Positions 37,966 through 46,683 of a stretch of 64,000 bases of DNA are shown here, in pieces (positions within the stretch are counted from its first letter, which is position 1; each line of letters opens with the position of its first letter). The notes under the pieces are model-generated. The model saw only the letters and a program-made list of their open reading frames with translations. It searched no databases and was not told the origin of the DNA. The position numbers were made by a program, and so were the translations under genes. Origin of the DNA: a virus; IMG/VR virus record IMGVR_UViG_3300032242_002232, positions 35,214 to 99,213 of that record. One strand, given 5' to 3'.

Positions 37966-39018
37966 ATGAAAGTAGCAGTATACGCAATTGCTCTTAACGA
38001 AGAGCAGTTTGTTAAACGTTGGTATGAATCAGCTATAGAAGCTGACTATCTCCTTATAGCTGACACCGGATCTACAGATAATACGGTAGAGTTAGCTAAG
38101 TCACTAGGAATTGTGTGCCACACAATTAGTGTAAAGCCTTGGAGGTTTGATGATGCTCGCAATGCTAGCCTGTCTCTTATACCCAGTGATATTGATTATT
38201 GCATTGCTCTTGATCTAGATGAAACTCTAGTTCCTGGTTGGCGCCAACATTTAGAGGTTGCCAACACAAACAAATGGACTCGTCCACGATACCTATTTAC
38301 TACAAGCTGGAATCCTGACGGATCACCAGGCATGCAGTTCAGCGGTTTTAGAATCCACGCTCGCAACGGTTACCGTTGGGTATATCCAATACATGAAATG
38401 CCGGAACCCTACAGAATCGAAGAGACTACCGGATGGGTAGATCTACAGATCGAACACCATCCCGATGATTATAAATCTCGTGGGCAGTACTTGCCCCTAC
38501 TACAAGAGGCCGCTAAAGAAAACCCAGATGATGATAGGTGCGCTTTTTACTACGCACGTGAACTTTACTTTTACCAGCTCTATGAAGATGCTGCGGAAGA
38601 ATTTAAACGCCACCTATCATTACCTAAAGCTTGGTGGGTAGCTCAGCGCGCAGCTTCCTACAGATACCTTGGAGAATGCGATCCAGACAACGCAGTTACC
38701 TGGTGGACAAAAGGATACCAAGAAGACCCCGTTCGTAGAGAGTGTGCGGTAAAGCTTACCGAGTATTACTACAAAAAAGAAGACTGGGTTATGTGTAGAG
38801 AGTGGGCTAAGAAAGCTCTAGACATAGAAACTAAAAGCTTAGACTATTTCTGTGAGCCTTGGGCCTGGGGATCTTTACCAAACGATTACCTAGCTATAGC
38901 CTCCTACAACCTGGGGGAGTACGAAACTGCCCTAGAACAGGGTAGAATTGCCTATAGTTTAGACCCGACTAATGAGCGCTTAGCCGTTAATATTAGTCAT
39001 TACACCGAAAAACTATAG
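37966..39018 (+). CDS. GT2 glycosyltransferase with TPR repeats
   Basis: VYAIALNEE, DTGSTD.T, FDDARN.SL, LDLDE, IHE, C-terminal TPR helices. Confidence 0.9.
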   Translation: MKVAVYAIALNEEQFVKRWYESAIEADYLLIADTGSTDNTVELAKSLGIVCHTISVKPWRFDDARNASLSLIPSDIDYCIALDLDETLVPGWRQHLEVANTNKWTRPRYLFTTSWNPDGSPGMQFSGFRIHARNGYRWVYPIHEMPEPYRIEETTGWVDLQIEHHPDDYKSRGQYLPLLQEAAKENPDDDRCAFYYARELYFYQLYEDAAEEFKRHLSLPKAWWVAQRAASYRYLGECDPDNAVTWWTKGYQEDPVRRECAVKLTEYYYKKEDWVMCREWAKKALDIETKSLDYFCEPWAWGSLPNDYLAIASYNLGEYETALEQGRIAYSLDPTNERLAVNISHYTEKL

Positions 39019-39026
39019 GAGTATAA

Positions 39027-39371
39027 ATGGCTACAGCCAACTATTCGATTCTAGGTCAGGCGCAACCAGTAGGGTCAAATATTGATCTATTTGCTTGTCC
39101 CGCTGCTACTCAGGCGGTCCTATCAACAATCGTAGTAAGTAACACTACCGCTACCTCAGCTACAGCTACAGTATATGTACGCAAGGCTACCGGTACCTCT
39201 CCGGCGGCGGCTGGAACAAATAACGCTATTATGTACGCAGCGCCAATCTCAGCAAACAGTCTTCAAACCCTAACGATTGGCATCACATTGGGTGCCTATG
39301 ATACTATTACTGTATCTTCCGGAACGTCCGGAGCTATTACATTTCACGCATTCGGAACAACGGTGGCATAA
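39027..39371 (+). CDS. Small beta-sandwich fibre adaptor
   Basis: MAT..Y.ILGQ..P; V.STIVV.N; I.AN...TLTIGITL...D.I.V; F.AFG. Confidence 0.65.
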   Translation: MATANYSILGQAQPVGSNIDLFACPAATQAVLSTIVVSNTTATSATATVYVRKATGTSPAAAGTNNAIMYAAPISANSLQTLTIGITLGAYDTITVSSGTSGAITFHAFGTTVA

Positions 39372-39574
39372 TGTCAAAACGACAATTTCCAGAACCTTCT
39401 GCAACTGACTACGTATTAGAGTCAACATCTAACATCAAGGAAGACCGCACTGCTACAAAAGTGGTTTCTCCTACAACTGTTACTACCGGCGCTCTTCGTA
39501 ACATCTATGCTTCCACTAATGCGCCCGTTGCTAGCGATGGCGCTGATGGAGACATCTGGCTTAAGTACGTGTAA
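39371..39574 (+). CDS. Small fibre linker protein
   Basis: RNIY.ST.AP...G.DGDIW.KY. Confidence 0.65.
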   Translation: MSKRQFPEPSATDYVLESTSNIKEDRTATKVVSPTTVTTGALRNIYASTNAPVASDGADGDIWLKYV

Positions 39575-39577
39575 GCA

Positions 39578-40960
39578 ATGGCTGAGTACATCAAGCAGGG
39601 CGGTACTTGGAAGCAAGTATCCGATGATACTACATCTAGCACAGTAGCTTACATTAAGGTAGGTGGTGTTTGGCGCGGAGTAAACGCGCAGTACATTAAA
39701 GTAGCGGGAACTTGGCGAGCAGTTTCTGCGTTTGCGGCAACATATACAGTCCCTAACGTTGTAGGTTTAGATCTAGCCTCAGCACAGGCCATTATCACCA
39801 GTTCAGGAAACGCGGTAGGTTCTACATCAACTACTGCTTCTGGAGCGACTTCTGGAAACAACGGACAAGTTCAATCACAGTCCGTAGCTGCAGGCACGTA
39901 TAGCTCTGCTCAAACCATTAACCTAGTAACATATGCGTACTCTGCACCGATTATTAATCAGATTATTTCTGTAGGTGTTATTGCTACCCCTGCACAGCAA
40001 GACTCTATATCTAGCTATGATACCGCTGGCTACATCGGAGATACGTTACATATTTATGGTAATTTTACTAAGAGCATTACTAACATTACTGTTGGCGGTA
40101 CGTATGTAAGCTACAGTCAAACCTCGTCGAGTATATCTTGGACTATGCCAAGTATTTCTGCTGGTTCTTACAGCGTCCAGGTCTTCGATGGTCAAGTACC
40201 TCTTTTATCTGCTTTTACGGTAACTAACTACGGTACACGCCCATCAATTCAGATTGCTTTTAATCCTATTCAGATCCAGGTACCTCAGATTCAGATTGCG
40301 TTTAATCCTATTCAGATTAACTTTAATCCCATCCAGATCCAGGTACCTAATGTTAACTTTGTTACTGTTTTAGTTGGTGCAACAACAATTATTCAAATTA
40401 GATCTTCACAAGTTCAAAATATCTTCTACCACTCCTACTATATTAGCCCTTACTACGGTGTACGAGTAAGCTGTATTCACGGAGATACCTTTATGAAAGT
40501 ATATGAGGGAGACACGATTACAACTAAAAAGGCTAGAGATATTGAGCCTGGCGATGAGTTAGTTGGTGTGGTGTTTAAGGAACTTGACCCTAGTGTTAAG
40601 GTAAATACCTATGACTGGCAGGCCACAAGCCTTACCTACGATACTCTTGAAAAGACTACTGTTGTTAAAGTTGAGCCGTCAGTCCATGAACGCTTCATGT
40701 ACTTTAACGATGACGAGACTTCAGTATTTTCTATGTCAGAGCCTATGCTTGTAGGGCGAAACGGTCAATACGAGTTCTTTGCTTCTGGTATGATTCTGGA
40801 AGGCGATACTCTTTACAAGCTTAAATCAGACCACTCTGGTTATGAAGAGGTACTCGTAGAAAAGATTACATTTACTAGAGGAGAGGATGACGGGTTTAAT
40901 TTCCACTGCGAACCTGATCACGTTATCGTAGCTGGGGATTACATCGTTCACAATAAGTAA
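39578..40960 (+). CDS. Fibre protein: PASTA + IPT/Ig + IQ-repeat + C-terminal Hint (intein-like) domain
   Basis: YIK.GG.W repeats, VPNVVGL (PASTA), GD.L.I.G.F (IPT), S/CIHGDT at Cys299, GD.L, terminal IVHN-K-stop. Confidence 0.85.
   Translation: MAEYIKQGGTWKQVSDDTTSSTVAYIKVGGVWRGVNAQYIKVAGTWRAVSAFAATYTVPNVVGLDLASAQAIITSSGNAVGSTSTTASGATSGNNGQVQSQSVAAGTYSSAQTINLVTYAYSAPIINQIISVGVIATPAQQDSISSYDTAGYIGDTLHIYGNFTKSITNITVGGTYVSYSQTSSSISWTMPSISAGSYSVQVFDGQVPLLSAFTVTNYGTRPSIQIAFNPIQIQVPQIQIAFNPIQINFNPIQIQVPNVNFVTVLVGATTIIQIRSSQVQNIFYHSYYISPYYGVRVSCIHGDTFMKVYEGDTITTKKARDIEPGDELVGVVFKELDPSVKVNTYDWQATSLTYDTLEKTTVVKVEPSVHERFMYFNDDETSVFSMSEPMLVGRNGQYEFFASGMILEGDTLYKLKSDHSGYEEVLVEKITFTRGEDDGFNFHCEPDHVIVAGDYIVHNK
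40247..40360 (+). repeat. Coding tandem repeat IQIAFNP/IQIQVP
   Basis: IQIAFNPIQIQVPQIQIAFNPIQINFNPIQIQVPNVNF; recurring attcagat and tttaatcc units. Confidence 0.8.
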
Positions 40961-41562
40961 TGACATACTCAAGGGCAGAAGAGTTACTACCGGGTGTTAA
41001 AGCCTATTACGATGTTTGGCCAGAGTCCCAGGACTTCATAAAAAAACTAGAGCTTGACTCTGAAAAAGGTCTTGCTTGGGTTCCTGCAGCTATAAATAAA
41101 GAGGGCAAAGGCCCAGTAGTAGACACCCAAATTAGGGTTTTAGATGTCCTTAGCATAACTAGGTTTGAATCTGGGTTGAATACTGATAGGCCTTTAGTTG
41201 AGGCGGCTTACGACGCTTACACAAAACTGTCTTCAAACTTAGACCCAATTGTTGATGAGTATGTTAAAGAGTTCAGCGTAGCGGTGACCTCCAAAGAGCC
41301 TTACCAAATACTTAGGTATAAGGAGAGTAACTTCTTTAGATATCACGTAGATGACTCCCCAAATAGGCCTAGACGATTGTCCTATTGCTATTATGTAAAT
41401 GACGATTACGAGGGCGGTGAGCTTCACTTTGGAAAATTTGATAAGACCATTAAACCCGAAGCCGGGCAGCTAGTCGTATTTCCATCCAACTATCTGTATG
41501 CTCATGCCGCTAGACCAATACTAAACGGAACAAAATATGTGGTGTCATCATGGTGGAATTAA
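40960..41562 (+). CDS. 2OG-Fe(II) oxygenase, prolyl-4-hydroxylase-like
   Basis: ILRY...F..HVD, Y.NDDYEGGEL.F, FPSN..Y.H...P...G.KY. Confidence 0.9.
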   Translation: MTYSRAEELLPGVKAYYDVWPESQDFIKKLELDSEKGLAWVPAAINKEGKGPVVDTQIRVLDVLSITRFESGLNTDRPLVEAAYDAYTKLSSNLDPIVDEYVKEFSVAVTSKEPYQILRYKESNFFRYHVDDSPNRPRRLSYCYYVNDDYEGGELHFGKFDKTIKPEAGQLVVFPSNYLYAHAARPILNGTKYVVSSWWN

Positions 41563-42236
41563 CTTTTGTGTCTATAGACGGGGTGCCCAGCCCCGAACCT
41601 GATAGAACGAGCACTACCCTTCCTAAATGGTACAGGGAGGCTTCACGGTATTTTGAGGGCACTAAGAACTCTACTTTTAAGAACTGCATGGCTTTTTTTG
41701 ATGCCATGAGTGCGGGGTACGTACTTATTACTCCTTGCGATATTACTGTTATACAGAAAGAGGGCAAGCCTATAATTGAGCTTGATTCCCGGTTTCAAAC
41801 CTTCATATCTTCTCGTGCCCCTATGGACCAATTTCATGCACCAGAGGGCTACCATAAAGAGCATTATGCGTTCTTAATGCAGTGGGGGATATCAACCCCG
41901 CCAGGTTATAGCAGCCTATGCATTTCGCCCTTAAACCGTTTTGATCTCCCATTTATAGTCACTAACGGGATTATAGACAGCGACAACTTATCTACCCCCG
42001 GGAACGTACCCTTCTTCATCAGAGAGGGTTACGAGGGTGTGATTCCTGCGGGAACCCCCTACCTCCAAGTAATCCCTTTTAAGAGGGAGGAGTGGAACGC
42101 TAAGTCAGTAAGGGAAGTTGATTTACTAAACTTAAGGAAGTACAATAAGATCGGATTTAAACTTCGAGGCGTGGTTAGCAACTACTACCGAGAAAACTAC
42201 TGGGTTAAAAAAATCTACAGGAAGAGGGCTCAATGA
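41550..42236 (+). CDS. Conserved phage protein commonly found beside 2OG oxygenases (function unknown)
   Basis: P.WY..., TFK.C..F.DAM..GY, TPPGYS, GIIDSD, GTP..Q.IPFKRE.W. Confidence 0.6.
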   Translation: MVELTFVSIDGVPSPEPDRTSTTLPKWYREASRYFEGTKNSTFKNCMAFFDAMSAGYVLITPCDITVIQKEGKPIIELDSRFQTFISSRAPMDQFHAPEGYHKEHYAFLMQWGISTPPGYSSLCISPLNRFDLPFIVTNGIIDSDNLSTPGNVPFFIREGYEGVIPAGTPYLQVIPFKREEWNAKSVREVDLLNLRKYNKIGFKLRGVVSNYYRENYWVKKIYRKRAQ

Positions 42237-42985
42237 TTATCCAGATTATCGGTCTGCCAGGATCTGGTAAGACTACTTTAGCTACCGCACTTAAAGAGCG
42301 CATCAACGCAGTTCATTTAAACGCGGATTACGTACGCTCCACCATTAACTCTGATTTGGGTTTTGCCCCAGAGGATCGTGTAGAACATGCACGCCGTATG
42401 GGGGAAATGGCACGTATGCTGTCCGGCCAGGACCTAGATGTAGTCGTAGACTTTATATGCCCAACACAAACAACACGAGAAGCTTTTGGTAAGGCTGACA
42501 TAGTTGTATGGATGGATACCCTTAAGGAAGGGCGCTTTGAAGATACAAACAAACTATGGGAAACCCCTACATCCTTTGACTATAAGTTTGAGACATTTGA
42601 TGCAGATGCTAATGTCAACAATATTATCTTTACATCCAACCTTCATGACTGGAAGGCGCCAACAACCCTAATGCTTGGTCGCTATCAACCATGGCATGAA
42701 GGGCACCACGCCCTATACCATGAGGCTAAGAACCGTACACAACAGGTAATGCTTGGGGTACGCAACACTCAAGGTACCAGCCCTAAAGACCCATTAAGCT
42801 TTGATGAAGTAAAGGGCTATATATCAGCTGATCCTGCTATGAATGGGGCCATGGTTATCAAGATGCCTAATATTACAAACATCGTATACGGCAGAGATGT
42901 TGGGTATAAGATCGAACAAGTTAAGTTAGGAGATGAAATTGAAGCCATTAGTGCTACTCAAAAACGTAAAGAAATGGGTATCTAG
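42233..42985 (+). CDS. Adenylylsulfate-kinase-like domain fused to a HIGH-family nucleotidyltransferase
   Basis: GLPGSGKTT, NAD.VR...DLGF..EDR.E..RR; GRYQPWHEGH. Confidence 0.8.
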   Translation: MIIQIIGLPGSGKTTLATALKERINAVHLNADYVRSTINSDLGFAPEDRVEHARRMGEMARMLSGQDLDVVVDFICPTQTTREAFGKADIVVWMDTLKEGRFEDTNKLWETPTSFDYKFETFDADANVNNIIFTSNLHDWKAPTTLMLGRYQPWHEGHHALYHEAKNRTQQVMLGVRNTQGTSPKDPLSFDEVKGYISADPAMNGAMVIKMPNITNIVYGRDVGYKIEQVKLGDEIEAISATQKRKEMGI

Positions 42986-43018
42986 CCTGCTTGACCTTAT
43001 GTCGTTAGGGGCGGGACA

Positions 43019-43228
43019 ATGAACGTAACCCATTCAAGATCTTTTACTAAAGCCGTTACTTGGCGACTTACTGGAACTTTTGACACCTTTATTCTTTCAT
43101 ATGTAATTACTGGAAAAGCTAAGCTCGCTTTAGCAATTTCAGGGATGGAGATATTTACCAAAATATTTCTTTATTACGTACATGAACGCGTTTGGAACAA
43201 AGTTCAGTGGGGAAGAGATGAAGTTTAA
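43019..43228 (+). CDS. DUF2061-family small membrane protein
   Basis: RS..KA.TWR..GT.DT....Y.ITG...K..LYY.HERVW. Confidence 0.85.
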   Translation: MNVTHSRSFTKAVTWRLTGTFDTFILSYVITGKAKLALAISGMEIFTKIFLYYVHERVWNKVQWGRDEV

Positions 43229-43985
43229 GTCTTTTTATCATTTGCATGCCCCAAAGACTGGGGGTAGGTTTGTACTCAATAATGTCCTGCACCTTCTGTA
43301 TTCGCACATGGAGGCTGCAGGCATTGAGGTTATTAACAATGTTCCTATTGAGCATCCTGGTGCACACAGCGCTTGGCTCCCACAAATTAATGACGATACC
43401 TACGTATTCTCTACATTCAGGGACCCAGTAACACATTCCTGTAGCCTGTTTTTTCATATGGTGGCGATGGAGGATGCACCACAGTTTTTTCCAAACCCCC
43501 CTGTATTTACACCTAAACTTTTAAATTCAAGATACCTTGTAAACTACATGACAGCTGGTGGGTTTAATGGGTATTTGATGAGCAATTTTCAGTCTAAAAA
43601 CTTTTTGTATGATCGCCCCTTTTTTGGTGGGCCCATTGAAAAAGATATAGACCCGGCAATTAAAGACGATGTTTTGATGCAAAGAATTCGCAGAACAAAC
43701 CTCCTTTTACGCATGGAGCAGATACCCCAAAACCCAGAAGTTTTAGCTGCCAAGCTGATAGACGACCTGGAACTACCTATTACTATCGAGCAGTTTAAAC
43801 AAGATTATGCAGCTAAGCTGGATTTTCTTACAGTCCTAAACCCCCTGCTTATAGTAAAAGAAAACGCAGATTTGGCTCGTTCTTTGACCGAAAAGGATCT
43901 GGAAACCATTAAACCTTATATAGCTGTTGATCAGGGTATATACTCTGACGATAGTGTATTTTATACATTTGATCAGGAGAACTAA
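43218..43985 (+). CDS. Sulfotransferase-fold protein
   Basis: 5'-PSB HLHAPKTGG; 3'-PB TFRDP....S. Confidence 0.75.
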   Translation: MKFKSFYHLHAPKTGGRFVLNNVLHLLYSHMEAAGIEVINNVPIEHPGAHSAWLPQINDDTYVFSTFRDPVTHSCSLFFHMVAMEDAPQFFPNPPVFTPKLLNSRYLVNYMTAGGFNGYLMSNFQSKNFLYDRPFFGGPIEKDIDPAIKDDVLMQRIRRTNLLLRMEQIPQNPEVLAAKLIDDLELPITIEQFKQDYAAKLDFLTVLNPLLIVKENADLARSLTEKDLETIKPYIAVDQGIYSDDSVFYTFDQEN

Positions 43986-44792
43986 ATGGAAGTCAGTACG
44001 CATTGTAACGGGAATGTAAAGATCATCCAGGGTTTCTTCACTAAAGAAGAAGCTGCTGAGCTGTCATCTTGGTTTGACACTTTTCCATTCGAAGACTTAG
44101 AGGTAAGCTCTGTTAAGTTTTGGGGTAAGAAGCAGTTCCATCACAGCCTTCAACATGACCCTAAATGGGCTCCGATTTTTGCTCCAGTAAAGCACATCAC
44201 CGACACAATTGATGAGCGTATTAGACAAGCCCTCGACTTAGTGCAGCCCGGCCAAACCTGGCATGCATGGCCTACTGCCTTCATTAAAATGTACCCTGGA
44301 TCTAACCCAAATGATTATGATGCAGATAAAATGGAGATGTTTTATCACATGGATAATCAAGCGCATATGGCTACCTTGATTACCTGGGGTGGGGTTATGT
44401 ATCTCAACGAAGACTACGAGGGTGGCGAAATTAGATACCCAGTTTATGATTTTGAATACAAGCCTGTTGCAGGTAGCATGGTTTTGCACAGCGGTTTTAC
44501 GGTTCACGGAGTAAAGAAAGTTACAAAGGGTAATCGTTACGGATTGACTTCTTTAATTAGCCGAGACGGGCACTGGAATAATGGCTGCTTACCTACACCT
44601 ACAGGTAAACCTGAAGGACCTTCATATATCTACCCTATGGGTTATTGGGGTCGCCGTGTTGGTGACGACCGTGTTGATCCCGGAGCGGATATCAAGATTT
44701 TACGTCCAGATGGAACTACCCGACCATATTGCGATAACCCATCAGTAGGCATCGACCTATGGAATAAAAAGTATATGAGGACGTATAGTTAA
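43986..44792 (+). CDS. 2OG-Fe(II) oxygenase
   Basis: HMD, YLNEDYEGGEI, HGV..V..G.RY. Confidence 0.88.
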   Translation: MEVSTHCNGNVKIIQGFFTKEEAAELSSWFDTFPFEDLEVSSVKFWGKKQFHHSLQHDPKWAPIFAPVKHITDTIDERIRQALDLVQPGQTWHAWPTAFIKMYPGSNPNDYDADKMEMFYHMDNQAHMATLITWGGVMYLNEDYEGGEIRYPVYDFEYKPVAGSMVLHSGFTVHGVKKVTKGNRYGLTSLISRDGHWNNGCLPTPTGKPEGPSYIYPMGYWGRRVGDDRVDPGADIKILRPDGTTRPYCDNPSVGIDLWNKKYMRTYS

Positions 44793-45367
44793 TGCGCGGA
44801 GAACGCAGAATCGGTAGATTTAATATCCCTAATGAAAGGTCCTCTATTATTGCTGGGACTTCTTCTGAGCTTGTTCGTACGGTAGGGAACTCTGTTCAAT
44901 GGTATATCTATAACTCAGTGGCTACTGTTGTAGACCCTATTTACGATGTTGGTAGTTCAGCTGGTGGACGTGTGTGGTACGACCCTTTGACTATCCCAGT
45001 AATTAAAGCGGTTGTTTATCAGGGTGCTTCTATGCAGAATGACCGTGGTTTTTATAATACAGATATCTTGCGAATCACCATGAATATGGACGTTATTGAG
45101 GGGGCTACCAACCTGTACGGTATGGAGGCTGAAACCTCACATCACTTTAAGGACATACTAACTAACCCCGATCATTTTCTTCGGGATAGGGTTGTATTTA
45201 GAAATGAAGTATTTAGTCCGGACCGTATTCAAGGAATGGGCCTTGTAAATAACAGGTACACCGTTTTATCCGTTGACTGTGTTCAGGTCAACTCTGAAGA
45301 AATGGTCAATGACAGCCAGTTCCAGTACTTTGCAAACTGGAATGCCACAGATGAGCCGGTCAATTAA
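44792..45367 (+). CDS. Head-closure/neck protein
   Basis: Position before tail genes; DPIYDVG, D.LRI, DRV.F...VF. Confidence 0.55.
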   Translation: MRGERRIGRFNIPNERSSIIAGTSSELVRTVGNSVQWYIYNSVATVVDPIYDVGSSAGGRVWYDPLTIPVIKAVVYQGASMQNDRGFYNTDILRITMNMDVIEGATNLYGMEAETSHHFKDILTNPDHFLRDRVVFRNEVFSPDRIQGMGLVNNRYTVLSVDCVQVNSEEMVNDSQFQYFANWNATDEPVN

Positions 45368-45577
45368 ATGGCTAAAATCAAGGTTACTGGCAAGGTCCAC
45401 GTCGTAAAGAAGAATAAAAAAGGTGAGGTTATAGTTGACCATGCCGGTAAAAATGACCCTAAATGGGATAAGATTAACCTAACTAAGGTAGCTGGGGCTA
45501 AGACTATTAAGTCTGGGGTGAAGGCAACTAAGGCCTACCACAAGACCCACCCGCATAAAAAGACAGGATCAAAATGA
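45368..45577 (+). CDS. Small basic protein
   Basis: 69 aa, Lys-rich. Confidence 0.65.
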   Translation: MAKIKVTGKVHVVKKNKKGEVIVDHAGKNDPKWDKINLTKVAGAKTIKSGVKATKAYHKTHPHKKTGSK

Positions 45578-45738
45578 CAGAAGAGATTATTTCAACAGAG
45601 GGTGCGACTGTATCTGATGACGCAGTTGTTCACTTTGATATTACCCCGGGTGTAGACTACCCACTAGAAAACCCAAAACTTGAAGATATCGTAGCTTCTG
45701 AAGAATCTGAAGAAGCCCTAGAAAAGGACGAAGAATAA
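45574..45738 (+). CDS. Small acidic protein (54 aa)
   Basis: ATGA and TAATG coupling; MTEEIISTEG...EKDEE. Confidence 0.55.
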   Translation: MTEEIISTEGATVSDDAVVHFDITPGVDYPLENPKLEDIVASEESEEALEKDEE

Positions 45739-45896
45739 TGTGCGCTACATGTGGTTGCGGCAAGAAAACCGCTAAGAAAGCAGCTAAGAAGGCTCCTGCA
45801 AAGAAAATGACAGGTAAGCAAAGCAAGCTTGATATGAACAAAAACGGCAAGTTAGATGGTGCTGACTTTGCAATGCTACGAAAGAAGAAGAAGTAA
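45738..45896 (+). CDS. Small basic protein with CxxCxC and an EF-hand-like loop
   Basis: MCATCGCG...LDMNKNGKLDGADF. Confidence 0.65.
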   Translation: MCATCGCGKKTAKKAAKKAPAKKMTGKQSKLDMNKNGKLDGADFAMLRKKKK

Positions 45897-46150
45897 TGTG
45901 CGCTAAGTGTGGCTGTGGCTGTAAAGCCGGTAAGCCAGTAAAAGGTTGCAAATGTACCTGCCCTACATGCGCAGGGGCTAAAGATAAGAAGCAAGATGCC
46001 AAGGTAATGAAGGGCATGTCTTCTAAAGAAAAGTCTTCTTTTGAAAAAGCTGACAAGAAGATGGACAAAAAGAAGCCATCTGCTAAGGCAGATATGAAGA
46101 TGGACAAGGCTTTAGCTAAAAAGATTAAAAAGAAGGCCAAGAAGAAGTAA
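45896..46150 (+). CDS. Cys-rich (metallothionein-like), Lys-rich small protein
   Basis: MCAKCGCGCK......CKCTCPTC then Lys/Asp-rich tail. Confidence 0.7.
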   Translation: MCAKCGCGCKAGKPVKGCKCTCPTCAGAKDKKQDAKVMKGMSSKEKSSFEKADKKMDKKKPSAKADMKMDKALAKKIKKKAKKK

Positions 46151-46156
46151 CGACTT

Positions 46157-46178
46157 AGCCCCCGAAAGGGGGCTTTTT
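46157..46178 (+). terminator. Rho-independent terminator
   Basis: AGCCCCC-GAAA-GGGGGCT-TTTT. Confidence 0.9.
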
Positions 46179-46253
46179 CGTTTACCCTTATACCTGACGC
46201 CGGAGAAATCCGGAACCCTGCTGTTTTACCTTGCGCCTTCCTATGGAGGAATT

Positions 46254-46415
46254 ATGATCTTTTTAGTCAACCGGTTGAATCGGGCTGAGTCCGAAGCCGA
46301 CCGTGAAGAGTTTGTTCGAGGAATTGCTAATCTAAATAAAGATGGCAATCGTAAAGTCGCAGTGGGATTTGTCGCTGGATATTTACTCTCGAAAGCTCTT
46401 CGCAAAAATGGCTAG
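46254..46415 (+). CDS. Small hypothetical protein (53 aa)
   Basis: GGAGG RBS; MIFLVNRLNRAESEADREEFVRG...GFVAGYLL. Confidence 0.65.
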   Translation: MIFLVNRLNRAESEADREEFVRGIANLNKDGNRKVAVGFVAGYLLSKALRKNG

Positions 46416-46683
46416 AATCCATCGCAAAGCAGCTTCTCGACTTCACTCTGAAATTGTAACCAGAGCTAAACAACACACAACAGACATGCGCTATGAAGCG
46501 CATTCTTCCGGCTGGCCTGCCCACCTAGTTGCCGCCCTAAACGTTAGAGTTACACCTGAGGGTCACTACAAAGTTCAGTACCCTAAAGATTTAGAACATG
46601 AAATCCTTACCTTAGAGTATGGTACTGAAGATGTTCCCCCATCTCCGGTAATGCGAAACTACTTTACTAAAGTAGGTAACTAA
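46408..46683 (+). CDS. Neck/tail-completion protein (HK97 gp10-like)
   Basis: LEYGT...PP.P.MR motif. Confidence 0.6.
   Translation: MARIHRKAASRLHSEIVTRAKQHTTDMRYEAHSSGWPAHLVAALNVRVTPEGHYKVQYPKDLEHEILTLEYGTEDVPPSPVMRNYFTKVGN

Noticed and set aside
40472-40960. Canonical protein-splicing intein
   Set aside because: No C-extein nucleophile, no homing endonuclease, and it lies at the extreme C-terminus
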